This document shows, piece after piece, positions 37,165-50,184 of a DNA stretch of 64,000 nucleotides. The notes below the pieces were generated by a model. That model was not told where the DNA came from, did no database searches, and worked only from the letters and a program-made list of their open reading frames with translations. This stretch comes from Mobula hypostoma. Its lineage: Eukaryota. The translations under genes were made by a program, and so were the position numbers. Position 1 is the stretch's first letter. Every line of letters begins with the position of its first letter. The DNA lies in contig NC_086118.1 in assembly GCF_963921235.1 (NCBI RefSeq), forward strand, positions 17,982,001 to 18,046,000, given 5' to 3'.

Positions 37165-40100
37165 CATACATGTTGGAGTTCTCACTCACCATTTGAACAA
37201 GTACCATCCACTATATAATGGAGTGTGATTTTTTTTAATGAAACAGCCAAATAACGTTGTTTTAAATCTATTATTAGGGCTCCTACAAGCCGAATAAAAT
37301 GTAGTCCTTGGTCCCAAATCTTGTTGCAAAACGTTTAACCCTACTTCAGCACACAGCATAAAAGAGGTAAATGATAAGGAGTTAGAAGGCCCTTATCTGT
37401 TCAAGCTTTTCAAATATTGTTAGAAATTGTTTGTAATTGTCAGCAAAAGGCATAATTTGATTTCAGGCTTAAGATGAACCCCACATGGTTATCTAATAAA
37501 AATAAAATACTGTTCAGTTTGATGTTATATTTACTTTCAATTACTTTCATATTCTTAATATTTGCAAAAAGGTGCAAAAAATTGAAATGTCCACAAATGA
37601 GCTACTCCGCATGGTATGTTCTCAAGATTTAACCTACAGAGAATATGTTAGGAAGCATTATTAAACTGAACGTTGTAAGGGTATTGCTGATTTAGTTGTG
37701 CAATGTGTTCACTATGCAGTGTTCAAATACATCTTTCTGTATTTATGTTGTTACTACCAGTGACTTTGGTAATCAGCTGAGATTTATGTGTGCAATAAGA
37801 TTGTGGTTCATTTTTTAGATAAACTATTTCAGAAACCACTACAAGGTAGTGGTTTCCATGGGGACATAACATAGTATTTCTGGTTTGTAACTGTTAAGAT
37901 CCACAATTACGAACAATGCAAAGGACCAACAATATCCATCTAGATTCTGTAGTCTATAATTTATTTATTGCAATATATTTTAATCTAACTTCCTTGAAAA
38001 GGAAATTTCATATTTTGAAATAAATCATAACTATCACATTATTAGGCAGAGTAATGAAAAAAGTAATATGATAGAAATTCTCATAGCCTAAAGCTATGAT
38101 TCAAAAGGACTGATGCCTTAAAAGCAGACATATTGAAATGATTAATTGTCACATTGTTTATGAACCTCCATGTATTTTATGTTGTGAAATTATATAAAAT
38201 AAGGTTGTCTGTCCTGATATCACTCAAAGGTTGCATTCCTAAAATCTGTCTCTCTATCCAGAGTAATAGTACAAAAATAAAAGTCGCACTTTGTTTCAGA
38301 TAATGTGATTATTTTGTTTTGTGATCTAGCTGATAATTGACAGGAGACAGTCCCAACTGGGGCCTTTGACTATATTAACTCTGTCCTTTATAAAATCTTC
38401 AGTGTAAGTGGTATGTGCTAATTTCACTTTCAATCATTCAGGTACGCCTTCAGTTACTTTAATATTTACTTTAATCATTAATAACACTATGGATTGTGAA
38501 AGTAGCTATTACGGGCATCTTTAAAGAAAGAAGTTGAAATAATACAATTTTTCAGATTGGATCTTGTATATTTAAAAGTGTCTCTAATATTAATTATAAC
38601 AAGGACCAAATTTTGTACCATTTAGCTATTTTGATCAAATGAACATTGAATTCACAATTCAAAGCATCAATGCTTAACTATGATATCCAACATATGACTT
38701 TTATTCCTCGTGATATATAGTTGCTATTTTACTTTATTTTTTGTGAATGTTTAGGTATATTTTCACATTATCTACCTGGTTAATGTCCTTCTTGTGACCT
38801 CGGCAGATCTTTGCAGAAGGTTCCTTGGAATGATGCTCCTTAGCCAGTCTGCTCATCTTACACATATCTGCTTATTATCACTTCTATCCTTTTTATTCAA
38901 AGGACAATGACCCTAACATCTTCAGTCACTCTATATAACAAGTCCTGATTCAGTTAATCCTTTTACAACCTAAATCCATTACATTCTTCCAAAAATGCCG
39001 TGTTAAGAATTGAGCAGTGTATTCTTATTGTATTGTTTTATGAAGGATTAACATTAACTCCTTGTTGATGCACTCAATGTCTCTGTAAATAGAGGGTGTC
39101 ATTTACTTTACACTGACAGTCCAAAATATGAATTTTGCTATTATACCCCCTATCAGGTTTTACTCACATAGCTTACCCACCTAACCTTCCATTAAAATAT
39201 TTCACTTCATACCTCTTCGTGGTATATTTCACAAGCCATACACCTCCCAAATTATTATCCTGTTTTCTCCTAGTTTTGCTCATGGTTTAATGCATACTGC
39301 ATTCCTGATCATTTTTTGTTCAACTGGTAAATCTCAATTTTATGATATACATACCTAAGTCATTCCTGTATAGCAAATAGAATTTTGGTCCCTGTAACAG
39401 ATCCCTGGATAATCGAAGCACTGAATAACTAACTTTAGACTGAAAGAGAATTGTTGAACTGTTTTTTTTTAGCCATTTTTAAAATCATTGCCACTGTTCC
39501 TTAATATTTGCCAACTAGTTTTGCTTGTACTCTGTCAAAGGTCTTTCAGAATTCCATTTGCACATTATTAACTCTGTTGCACAAATCCTTCAGCAATGTT
39601 CAGTGGATGCTGGTAATCAAATGTAAAGCTACCTTTAGATGAATCCTGACTTAGTCAGGGTGATCAGCTGCATTCGCCACATTAGTCCTTACCTTTCCCT
39701 AATTGGCACCTCTAACAAATCCATGATCATTTTCATTTATTAACCAGTACATTTCAAACATCAGTGAGTTTTGCACAGATTAGCTTCTGGAAAAAATCCT
39801 CCTCTGCTGTCATAGATGTAAGTGCTCTTTTCAAGTAACTGTAACATTCCCATAATCTCAGTCTTTTATCATCATTACATACCAAACCTTCTGAATAATA
39901 TCCTTTTTATCTATTTTATTATCTCCAATATAACTACTGTTTTCTCCTTTACAGCTGCATTAACCACAGATTCCTCTGTGGCGCACATTTAGTATCTCGC
40001 CATTTCCTGACTCTATAAACAAGTAGCATTTATGGTCTCTGATCATGATGGCTTTTCTTTCAAAGTCCTTTACTTGGTTTGTTTGCTCATAAAAGACCAC

Positions 40101-40478
40101 CTTTATTTCCTTTTTATGTTTGCTGGTGCTTCATTTTCCATGTCTCTTAAGTGTGTGTGTTAAGTCTCTTTACTTCTATGACATGTTAACTTCCAGCATC
40201 CCTGAGTATCTTCCCATGTTCACTTTCTGCCTGGCTTTCAGATTTTTGATGCTTTCGTGCCTCACCGAAATTGTCCCTCTTCCAGATATGTATGTCTTTT
40301 TTACCATTGTTAGGCTATCCATAATTACACTATTTTTCATATCCAGTGACTTACCTCACCAAGTGTTTCTCCCTCTGGTATATTCTTTAGATGCCCCAAT
40401 TCATTTATTCTTTCCCCTGATTCACCCCACCCAGCTTGCTACTTCCTTGGGGAAGGTACAAGTCAAGTTGATTCCTGT

Positions 40479-41195
40479 TGTCATGTGTGACGCCAAGCAG
40501 AGCTACCGGACGGATGGTGCTAATGAGAGAGATAACGGAAGACAATGGAGAAACATTCAAAATGCTAATAAGAGAGAAGAGAGAGATTAACGAGAAAGAA
40601 ACACAATTCAGATATTGACAGACCGTTTGCTTTGAACCTGAACTGTTTGAAGTTTGATGGACAGGTGATACCCCAGCAGAGGGATAAAAAGAGCAGGTTT
40701 GCTAAGGCACGAGACCCTGGAAAGAGCAATGTGCCCCTACAAGTTGGTGGGAGTTTGGAGGACCGGTTCGCGGGAATTGGTCAGAGGCTCACAGGGTGTA
40801 AAGGTACGATCGGTGGGAACCTGGGGTGTGTGTCTGCCCTTGCCTGGGTTCCGGGTTCACCGCGGAAGAACGATCATAACCGGAATGGAGGGGTCACAGT
40901 CGGTGACCACAGCGGGATCAGAAGACATCAAAAGGTCTGCCCGAAACCAGCTGCATCTCTCACACTCTCTCTCTCTCCCCCTGCCAACGGTACAACAACA
41001 GCGATTACTTCGAACTGCACTAAACTGAATTGAACTCTGCTTCACTTAAGACTGATCATTTTACCCCTAGACTGCGATAGAGCTTGGTTGATACCTATTA
41101 CCCTATTTCTGTGTTTATTAGTTCCTAGTAATCACAGGCTCCAACGAGCGTTCCATTTCTGCTGGTTTGGCAACCCAGTTACGGGGTACGTAACA
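40479..41195. mobile_element. Solo LTR (717 bp), probably Gypsy-type
   Basis: TG...CA termini (TGTCATGT...CGTAACA); 4-bp TSD CTGT (40475-40478, 41196-41199); GC/CpG-rich relative to flanks; no internal ORFs. Confidence 0.8.
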
Positions 41196-42556
41196 CTGTA
41201 CACATATACCACTCTTTACTCTTTGCACAATTACATTCCCTGCCTATATTAGGTAACTGTTGAAACCTATATTTTAAAAAAAATTGCTTGTTAACTTGTA
41301 TACCATCATTTCACCACTCTTCACCAGCCTTTAGTCAGTGTTAGGCACTTTTGTTTCATTTTATACAAATTTCTCTAAAGTGTTCATTTTCCAAAGATTA
41401 AAACCAGTGTGAAATCTGGGTAATAGAAGACAAAAAAAAACACAACTAAACCAAAAAAAAAAAGTTTATCAGATCAGGCAACATCTGTGGAGAGGGAAGC
41501 AGTTAATGTTTCAAGTCAATTACTTTTTGTTAGAATCAAGTTCCAGTGCCAAACAAGTAGGATTGTTGAACAAGGTTTGATGTCAGTTGGGATATTGGCA
41601 ACAAATTATGAAAAGTTCAACTGTTAAGGCACAAAGCTCAAGCTGCCAAGGTGTAAATTAGTTTTTAAAGGTGTAATCATTATCATCAAACTCTCTTGCA
41701 CTGAAAATAGTGACTGAATGGGCACTAAAAATGGCTTTTACATTTTATCTCTGTGCTGATATCATACACCTAGCAAAATTTAAAATTCAAAGGAGGAGCT
41801 CAGTTGGTCAGAAAGCATCCATGGAGGGAAATGTTTCACATTGAGACACTTCATTTGGTCTTAACCTGAAACATTGATTATCTATTTCCCTTGCTAGATA
41901 CTGCCTGCCTAACCCCCCAAGTTCCTCCAGCTTCACTGTATGTTGCTTCAGATTTCCAGTATCTGCAGTCTCTTGTATCTTGGTATTTGAAATAATATAG
42001 GTGGAAATTTTCCTCTGATCACATTATAGAGCAGTGTATATATTCTGAAATGCACTTTGCAAAATTCAGTTCAATTACAGACTTAATTCTTCAGTAGGGG
42101 AGGCTGCACAATGTATCATGAATTCTGATGAGCAAGACAGGTGATATGTTGCTGTGGTAGTTTCTGATAGAGTTTAATCTCCTGTGTAATAGGTCTTATA
42201 GAAAGTAAGTTTGTCCACATCTTAACAAATTAGGTGATATAATTCTACTGCTCAATGGCTCAGATATCAATACCTGAAGTAAATCTCACCTCAACAAAAA
42301 GTAATGTGAGGTTATTACCGAATGATAACTAGATTCCAAGGACCAGACACAAAGACATCCAGGGATTGTTGTTCAAATATTGTGTGCTATCCCATTATCT
42401 AATTTGCTGCCATCAGGCGGAATGTACAGGAACCTCAGGACTCTCACCATCAGGTTCAGGAACAATTATTACTCTTCAGCCATCAGGCTCTTGAGCCAGT
42501 AGGAATAATTTCACTCAACTTCACTTGCCTCACCACTGATCTGTTCCCACAACCTA

Positions 42557-44176
42557 CAGTTGAAGTCAGAAGTTTACATACACCTTAGCCAAATACATTT
42601 AAACTCAGTTTTTCACAATTGCTGACTCTTAATCCTAGAAAACATTCCCTATCTTAAGTCAGTTAGGATCACTACTTTATTTTAAGAATGTGAAATGTCA
42701 GAATAATAGTAGAGAGAATGATTTATTTCAGCTTTTATTTCTTTCATCACTTTCCCAGTGGGTCAGAAGTTTACATCCACTTTGTTAGTATTTGGTATCA
42801 TTGCCTTTAAATTGTTTAACTTGGGTCAAACATTTTGGGTAGCCTTTCACATGCTTCTCACAGTAAGTTGCTGGAATTTTGTTCCATTCCTCCAGACAGA
42901 ACTGGTGTAACTGAGTTAGGTTTGTAGGCCTCCTTGCTTGCACATGCGTTTTTAGTTCTGCCCACAAATCTTCTATCGGATTGAGGTCAGAAAATGATGT
43001 CAAGTCTGGATTATCCTTGGGAGCAATTTCCAAACGCCTGAAAGTACCATGTTCATCTGTATAACCAATAGTACTCAAGTATAAACAGCATGGGTCCACA
43101 CAGCCGTCATACCGCTCAGGAAGGAGATGAAATCTGTCTCCTAGGGATGAACGTACTTTGGCGTGAAAAGTGCAAGTCAATCCCAGAACAGCAGCAGAGG
43201 ACCTTGTGAAGATGCTGGAGGACAAGTATCTATATCCACAGTAAAACAAGTCCTATATCAACATAACCTGAAAGGCTGCTCAGCAAGGAAGAAGCCAGTG
43301 CTCCAAAACCACCATTAAAAAGCCAGACTACAGTTTGCAAGTGCACGTGGGAACAAAGATCTTACTTTTTGGAGAAATGTCTTCTGGTCTGATGAAACAA
43401 AAATTGAACTGCTTGGCCATGATGACCATCGTTATGTTTGGAGGAAAAAGGGTGAGGTTTGCAAGCTGAAGAACACCATCCCAACCATTAAGCATGAGGG
43501 TGGCAGCATCATCTTGTGGGGGTGCTTTGCTGTAGGAGGGACTGGTGCACTTCACAAAATAGATGGCATCCTGAGGAAGGAAAATTATGTGGATATATTG
43601 AAGCAACATCTCAAGACATCAGCCAGGAAGTTAAAGCTCGGTCGGAAATGGGTCTTCCAATTGGACAATGACCCCAAGAGTACCTCCAAAGTTGTGGCAA
43701 AATTGTTTAAGGACAACAAAATGGAGTAGCCATCACAAAGTCATAACCTCAATCTGATAGAAAATTTGTGGGCAGAACTGAAAAAGCGTGGGCGAGCAAG
43801 GAGGCCTACAAACCTGACTCAGTTACACCAGTTCCGTCTGGAGGAATGGAACAAAATTCCAGCAAATTACTGTGAGAAGCTTGTGGAAGACTACCCAAAA
43901 CGTTTGACCCAAGTTAAACAATTTAAAGGCAATGATACCAAATACTAACAAAGCGTATATAAACTTCTGACACACTGGGAAAGTGATGAAAGAAATAAAA
44001 GCCGAAATAAATCATTCTCTCTACTATTTTTCTGACATTTCACATTCTTAAAATAAAGTAGTAATCCTAACTGTCTTAAGACAGGGAATGTTTTCTAGGA
44101 TTAAATGTCAGGAATTGTGAAAAACTAAGTTTAAATGTATTTGGCTAAGGTGTATGTAAACTTTTGACTTCAACTG
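42557..44176 (+). mobile_element. Tc1 transposon of the Sleeping Beauty (IR/DR) family, rearranged, inserted in a Rex-like 3' UTR
   Basis: TA TSD (42555-42556, 44177-44178); ends CAGTTGAAGTC.GAAGTTTACATACAC; inner direct repeat present. Confidence 0.93.
43002..43948 (+). pseudogene. SB-like Tc1 DD34E transposase pseudogene lacking its first ~19 codons
   Basis: KSGLSLGAISKRLKVP, WSDETKIEL, WGCF, WVFQLDNDPK, NLWAELKK...KGNDTKY*; stops and frameshifts. Confidence 0.9.
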
Positions 44177-45261
44177 TATGGATTCGCTTTCCTTTTATCT
44201 CATGTTCTCAATATATATTGCTTATTTATTAGTATTATTTCATTTTTCTTTTGGATTTGCACAATTTGTTATCTTTTGCACATTGTTTGTTTGTCCATCC
44301 CGTTAGATGTGGCCCTTCATTGATTCCGTTATGGTTTTAGGAATTACTGAGTACGCCCACTAGAAAACCAATGTATTTGGTGACAATATATGTACTTGGT
44401 GATAGTAAATTCACTTTGAACTTTGAACTTTTGGACTACTTGATACCAGACCTCATCCCATCATTGGTCCAAGCATAGGCCAATGAGCTGAATTGCTAAG
44501 GAGTTAGCACTCTTGTTATCAAGACAATATCTGACCATATATGCCATCAATAGACATTGAGGGAAAGTACCCCAACAGCTGAAGTCATACCTCACACAAA
44601 GGAAAATGGTTGTGGTGGGTGAAACCAATCAATTGTATCTTTACTGAAGATCCACCATCATAATCTTCTGGTCCTTCATCAAAGATCTTTTTTTTTCCTA
44701 AACTCATCAGAAAGGATTTATGCCTCTGTTGGCCCAGTGTTCAATTTTGTTGAGACTGTTGAAGTTTTCATCCCAGAACAGCTAGGTAACATTCACTGAT
44801 GGGCTGGTGAGCAGTATATAACTTTCATGCAGTAGAGGTAGGTATTGATTATCTGCATAACAGAATGTATTAACACCTACAGTGTATTTGACTTTCAATG
44901 ATGTTACTATGTCCTAATTGACAGCATGTGGGTGTTTATATTAAGCAGAAGCTCAACTAACCGGCTGCAAGAATATTGTGTCTACAAGAGTTGCATCCTG
45001 GGAGTTATTTCACCCCTTGATGTCTCAAAGCTTTTCTACAATGTACAAAGCAGAAAAAAAATTGCCTTTGCCTGGATGAGTGCAGAACCAACAGTATTTA
45101 AAGAGCTTGTTATAATCCACAACCAAGAGCCCACTTGATCTGCACCCAATTAATTCAATGAAACCCTCGACCATCTGCACACAATGTCTGCAATACACAC
45201 TATTTACTCTCACTGGTAACTCCAACAGCAACCGCAAAATATGCTGCTGAGGTACATCCTA

Positions 45262-46985
45262 AGATGTGCATGAACACATCATCAGTGATGTAACCTGGGG
45301 TCATCGGGTGTTTACGGGTCTTTCAACATTAGACACCCTCACCCAGTCAACGAGCCAAGGTTGATCAGGCCCTAGCTCGTGTCACAGTAACAGTGGTCCA
45401 CAAGTCACACCTCTGGAGGCACACCGAGCAGCCTCTATGATGGTCCTGATGGTTCTACTCTTTGCAGCCCCCCCCCACCCCGTAATGCCAAGGAGAGAGT
45501 AGGTTCTGCAGAGCGAGCAGCCAGCAAAACCTCTGCATTCCACCTCAATAGGCTCGCATCATGACCTCCATCCCTCTCTCTGGCACTGCTCTACCTGTTC
45601 CTCATACTTGGCTGCCTTAAACCCGAATGCCACCTCGATTAGGTCTTCCTAAGGCATTGTCAGTTCTACCATGACCACCTGCTTCAAGATTTCTGACAGA
45701 ATGACCATGTCAGAACTCAGTAATGATGATGCAATGAAGTCAGGGAACTTCAGTTGCTTGCAAAGATCGATTTTCAGTTGCCAGTCAGATGCAATGGCGA
45801 GCAAGCCTGAGGTGATTTCTGCTGAGACTGGCTGGTCTCCGTCTTTACAAAAGCAATAGTCTTTCTGGGTTGGCTGAGGTGCCTACTGTTGCTCATGGCC
45901 GAGAAAATATTTTCTTCCTCTGCATTCAGCACCTGGTCATGGCACCAGCAGTAGTAGCCTTCTCCCAGGCCTTTTGGGCAGCTGCTAAGGATGTGTTCCA
46001 GTGTTCCTCTGCTAAGGCAGAGAGGACATAATGGTGCCTCACTTTTGCGCCAAGCAAAAAGGTTCACTGGACTAAGTAGAACATCATACTCAGCCTGGAT
46101 CATGAACTTGATGTTCTGTTGTTCTGCCTACCAGATGTTGGTTCAGGAGATCTTCCGCTTCAGCACAGCCTCATACCTTGTTCAAGCTCCCTGCTGACCC
46201 ATTCCTGCCATCCTCAACAGATGCTTGCACCTCCTCCTGGGCCATTTTACACTGGTTCATGCCCTGGGCCCTGTTGAAGCAGTTTGAAGGGAAGCTTCCC
46301 AGCCCCACCTGACCAGACGCCATTGTCCCTACCAGATTCCTGTGCCTCAGACGTGACTCTGTCATTACTGCATCCTGGGCCTTCGACTTCATGCCTGTCT
46401 GACTTCAATGCCTGCTGTCCTGCCCTTGGAGCCTTTAGAATCTCTGTACAGCAGCAATTCTCTTGTACAGGGAACAAGGCTACTGAGGGGAGGCTGCTGT
46501 TCAGGCTATGTGGGAGACCCAGCCATCTTCGAAGTCGCCATTGATCTTTCTTTCAAGAGTATTAACAGTTGGCGTGGATACTTCATATGCCAGCAGTGGC
46601 CAGGATATTCTGGGGAGGATGCCATGCTGTTAGATCCTGGCCTTAAACTTGCCAGGTAGGCCTGTCCTATCCACAGTGGTGAGCAAGACCTCTAACTACT
46701 TGGTGGCCTTCCAGATGGCATCACTTAGGCTGCAGTCAAAGATGCTCCCCAGGCTCATGATGGTTTCTCAGAGATGGATGGGATAGCAATACAATACAAG
46801 GAGAAATGGAACCTGTCTGGGAGTCTGCCTTTCTCTAACACCAGAGACCTGATTTTCTCTGGCTTAAAGCTCATCCTTGCCCTTGCAATGTCCTCTACCG
46901 CCTGGGACTGATGTCGTTGTCACAATGAGGTCATTGGTGAAAGCTTTGAGTAGGGGCTGCCACAATGCTGATTTAGAGATGGGAA
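45262..46985 (-). mobile_element. HERO-clade non-LTR retrotransposon with restriction-like endonuclease, truncated and decayed
   Basis: Minus strand gives degenerate RT (AFTNDL for AFMDDL; MSFKP.K; QHGILPRI.WPLL.YE), YDVL.SP.NL..W...CPLC..RGTLEHILSSC...HDQVL knuckle, then RLE remnants. Confidence 0.8.
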
Positions 46986-47934
46986 CTGCTGAGAACGATT
47001 TCACTATTTCAGAACTTTGGGAGAGAGAAGAGGCATAAGTGAAGATCTACATGTTATGTAGATTTTTGTTGTACTCTTGTTAAATTAAATAATTCTTACA
47101 CACTGTAAAGATCATTGCATTGTTAACTTTGATTGTAATGAAAGTAAAAATAAATTGCTTGCTTGTAGCTTAGCAGGTGAATTTCCTACCCAAGAAACTC
47201 TTGAACCATTTACTGTTTAATCCCCATTCTGTGCTGAATTAGCTGATCTCATTTATGGTAATAGAAAGTCAAACACTGAAGCTGGCATTCTGCCTGTGAA
47301 GTCTGTGTTGGCATTTGCCTAGAGCAATTTCAAACCATTCCTGCTGCCCAGGTCTTGTAGCTCTCTTTAGTTATGTATAACCCTGCATAACACAGCTTCA
47401 AATCCATGTATAATTTTCTCTGAAAGTGTTCTCTTCTGTGGTTCTACTGCTCTCTACGGAAAAGCACCAATAATCCTTGTCATAAGGAAATGCCTCCTCT
47501 TCTGCCTGCTGAACCTCTTGGTAGTGATTTATAAATTCTCAGCACTGACTTCCCACCCACAGGAAATATGTCTTCCTTACACTGTCAAAATGCTTTATGA
47601 TTTTAAACTATCTCTGCTAACGTTTCTCTTAGTCTTCTCTGCTTTACTCCATTTATTTTGTGTCAGCTGTTATTTTCTATTGCTTGTACACTCTGATGAG
47701 TTACTGTGCAAATTTCCTAAAACTACAAATTATACTTCTAACCATGGTCTAACCTCTGTGTTATACCTAATTATTATTACTTCTACAGTATTTGAAAGTA
47801 ATAATAGCATATCTGTGTTTATAAAAACAAAATGTTGCTCTTTGTCTACCTTTACTCATACTTCAAAACTCCTAAAACTCTGTTTATTATTCAGAATTAG
47901 AATTGGAAATAGACTTATTATGAGTGAAATGTGA

Positions 47935-49260
47935 ATCAGAATCAGGGTGAATATCATCGGCATATGTCGTGAAATTTGTTGTTATATGACAGCATTGCAT
48001 TGCAATTCTTAATAAAAAACAGTAAATTACAGTAAATATATAGCGTATGTGCCTTCAGGCTCCTCTAACTCCTGTCTGATGGTAGCAATGAGAAGAAGGC
48101 ATGTCCTGAGTGATGAAGATCCTTAATAATGAACACCACTTTTTGAGGCGTCGGTTCTTGAAAATGTCCTGGATGCTGGTGGGGCCAGTGCCCAAGATGG
48201 AACTGACTGAGTTGAAGATGTCCTGGATGCTGGTGGGGCCAGTGCCCAAGATGGAACTAACTGAGTTGAAGATGTCCTGGATGCTGGTGGGGCCAGTGCC
48301 CAAGATGGAACTAACTGAGTTGAAGATGTCCTGGATGCTGGTGGGGCCAGTGCCCAAGATGGAACTGACTGAGTTGAAGATGTCCTGGATGCTGGTGGGG
48401 CCAGTGCCCAAGATGGAACTAACTGAGTTGAAGATGTCCTGGATGCTGGTGGGGCCAGTGCCCAAGATGGAACTGACTGAGTTTACAACTTTCTGTCGCT
48501 TATTTTGATCCTGTGCAGCGCCCTCCAGACAGCGATGCAGCTAGTTAGAATGCTTTCCACAATATATCTGTAGAAATTTGTGAGGGGAGCAGCAAAAGAC
48601 ATTAAATTACTATAAAGTACAAAGTAAATAAATAATCCAATAAAAGAAATAATGAGGTAATGTTCTTGAACCATTCAGAAATGTGATGGCCAAGGGGAAG
48701 TAGCTATTCTTCAATGAGTGTGGGTCTTTAGGCTCTTGAACCTCCTTTCTGCTGGAGAAGAGGGCATATCCTAGATGGTGAGGGTTCTTACTGACGGACT
48801 CCACCTTCTCGGGGTTCTGCATTGTGAAGATGTCCTCAATGGGGCAGTTGTGCCCATGATAGAACTGTCTGAATTTTTAACTCTCTGCAGCCTCTTGTGA
48901 TCTTGTGCATCGAAGTCCCATACCAGGTGACATACCAAATCTCCTCAAATTCATGACCAGGTAGAGCTCATGGTGTCCATGATTGCATCAGAGTATCAGG
49001 ACAAGGATAGATCCTTTGAGATAATTGAAGCTCAAGAACTTGAAGCTGCTCACCTTTTCCACCGCTGACCCTTCAGTGAGGACTGGTACGTGTTCTCTCA
49101 ACTTCCTCTTTCTGAAGTCTGCAATAATTTTGTCGGCTTGCTGATGCTACGTGCGAGGTTGTTCTTTCAACACCAGTCAACCAGCTGGTTGTCTAACTCT
49201 TGTAGGCATCCTTGTGACATCTGAAACTTTACTAATAACATCAGCAAATTTATAGATGGT
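47935..49260 (-). mobile_element. Two adjacent or nested Rex1/Babar-like 3' fragments
   Basis: NFYR.IVESILT.CI.VW and KNSYFPLAI.FLN motifs; (CAGAAT) tail at ~47935. Confidence 0.6.
48160..48483. repeat. Minisatellite, 6 x 54 bp
   Basis: Unit GAAGATGTCCTGGATGCTGGTGGGGCCAGTGCCCAAGATGGAACT(G/A)ACTGAGTT; nearly identical copies. Confidence 0.97.
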
Positions 49261-50184
49261 GTTCCTTTATATTGAATGTATCTTCCAATTTTTAAATTTC
49301 TGCTCTTAACACTATATTTGTCTACAATAAATTATAGCTCCCACTGGCAGGAATACTTACCTGTTGATTTGTTTTCCTGAATCTTTTATTTTTCTGTTCC
49401 TTATTTCCTAAACATTTCGTTGTCTAACAAGAGTACTTAACCTTGAGGTATAACCGTACCTAATCTTCATGAATCATTGTTATGCCAGTTTACCCTAGTT
49501 TCTAGTGCATCAGCCAATTTTCTATCCATGCTGCTATATTGCCTACATTTCCTCTCCCATAAGGCCACTTTTTTTAAAATTAAACATGCACTATTAATCA
49601 CTGTCCATATGGTCTCCTTAAACTGTTTTCAATTAGTCAAGGAAGTAGGAGTAGAATCTTGCATATTTTCTTATAAGCTTCAATTGACAAAGATTTTCAT
49701 CTAATTTTTTGCATCTCCTGGGAGTATCTGTATCTCTGCTTGGCCATCAGAGACTGTGGATGTGATGCACGAACCATTGCAGCTGTCCAAAACAGGATAA
49801 ATCAATTGATCTTTTCCTAATATTAATTTTCAGAGGTTAATTTGTCATTTACAAATCTTCTGTAAGCTTTCTTATCAACCATTTTCAAAAAACCCATTTA
49901 TATTGCATCTCTTGGATTCTGTTAATCAATCACCTCCCTTTAATAACTTTACCTTATTGTTTTTGACTTGCAGAGTTCCAAGGCCATGATCATCACTGTA
50001 AAGTGAGCTCTGGCTGACTAGTTTGAGTATGGGATTTAGTCACTTAAAATACTGTACTGCTGGCAAAAGTAGCAACTTTAGAGGAAAACTGAATTTAAAA
50101 AAAATACTTCTCTGCAGCTGAACAAACAAAAATCATTGAATTGAATTGAAGTGATTTATCATTGTCACATGAACCGAAATACAG

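Noticed and set aside
45270..45345. CTGATGA and GAAA-like words in the HERO 3' UTR on the minus strand
   Set aside because: Order and pairing do not fit a hammerhead fold
48055..48508. Repeat-protein ORFs or a CRISPR-like array
   Set aside because: Contiguous 54-bp tandem units with no unique spacers, inside a LINE fragment in eukaryotic DNA
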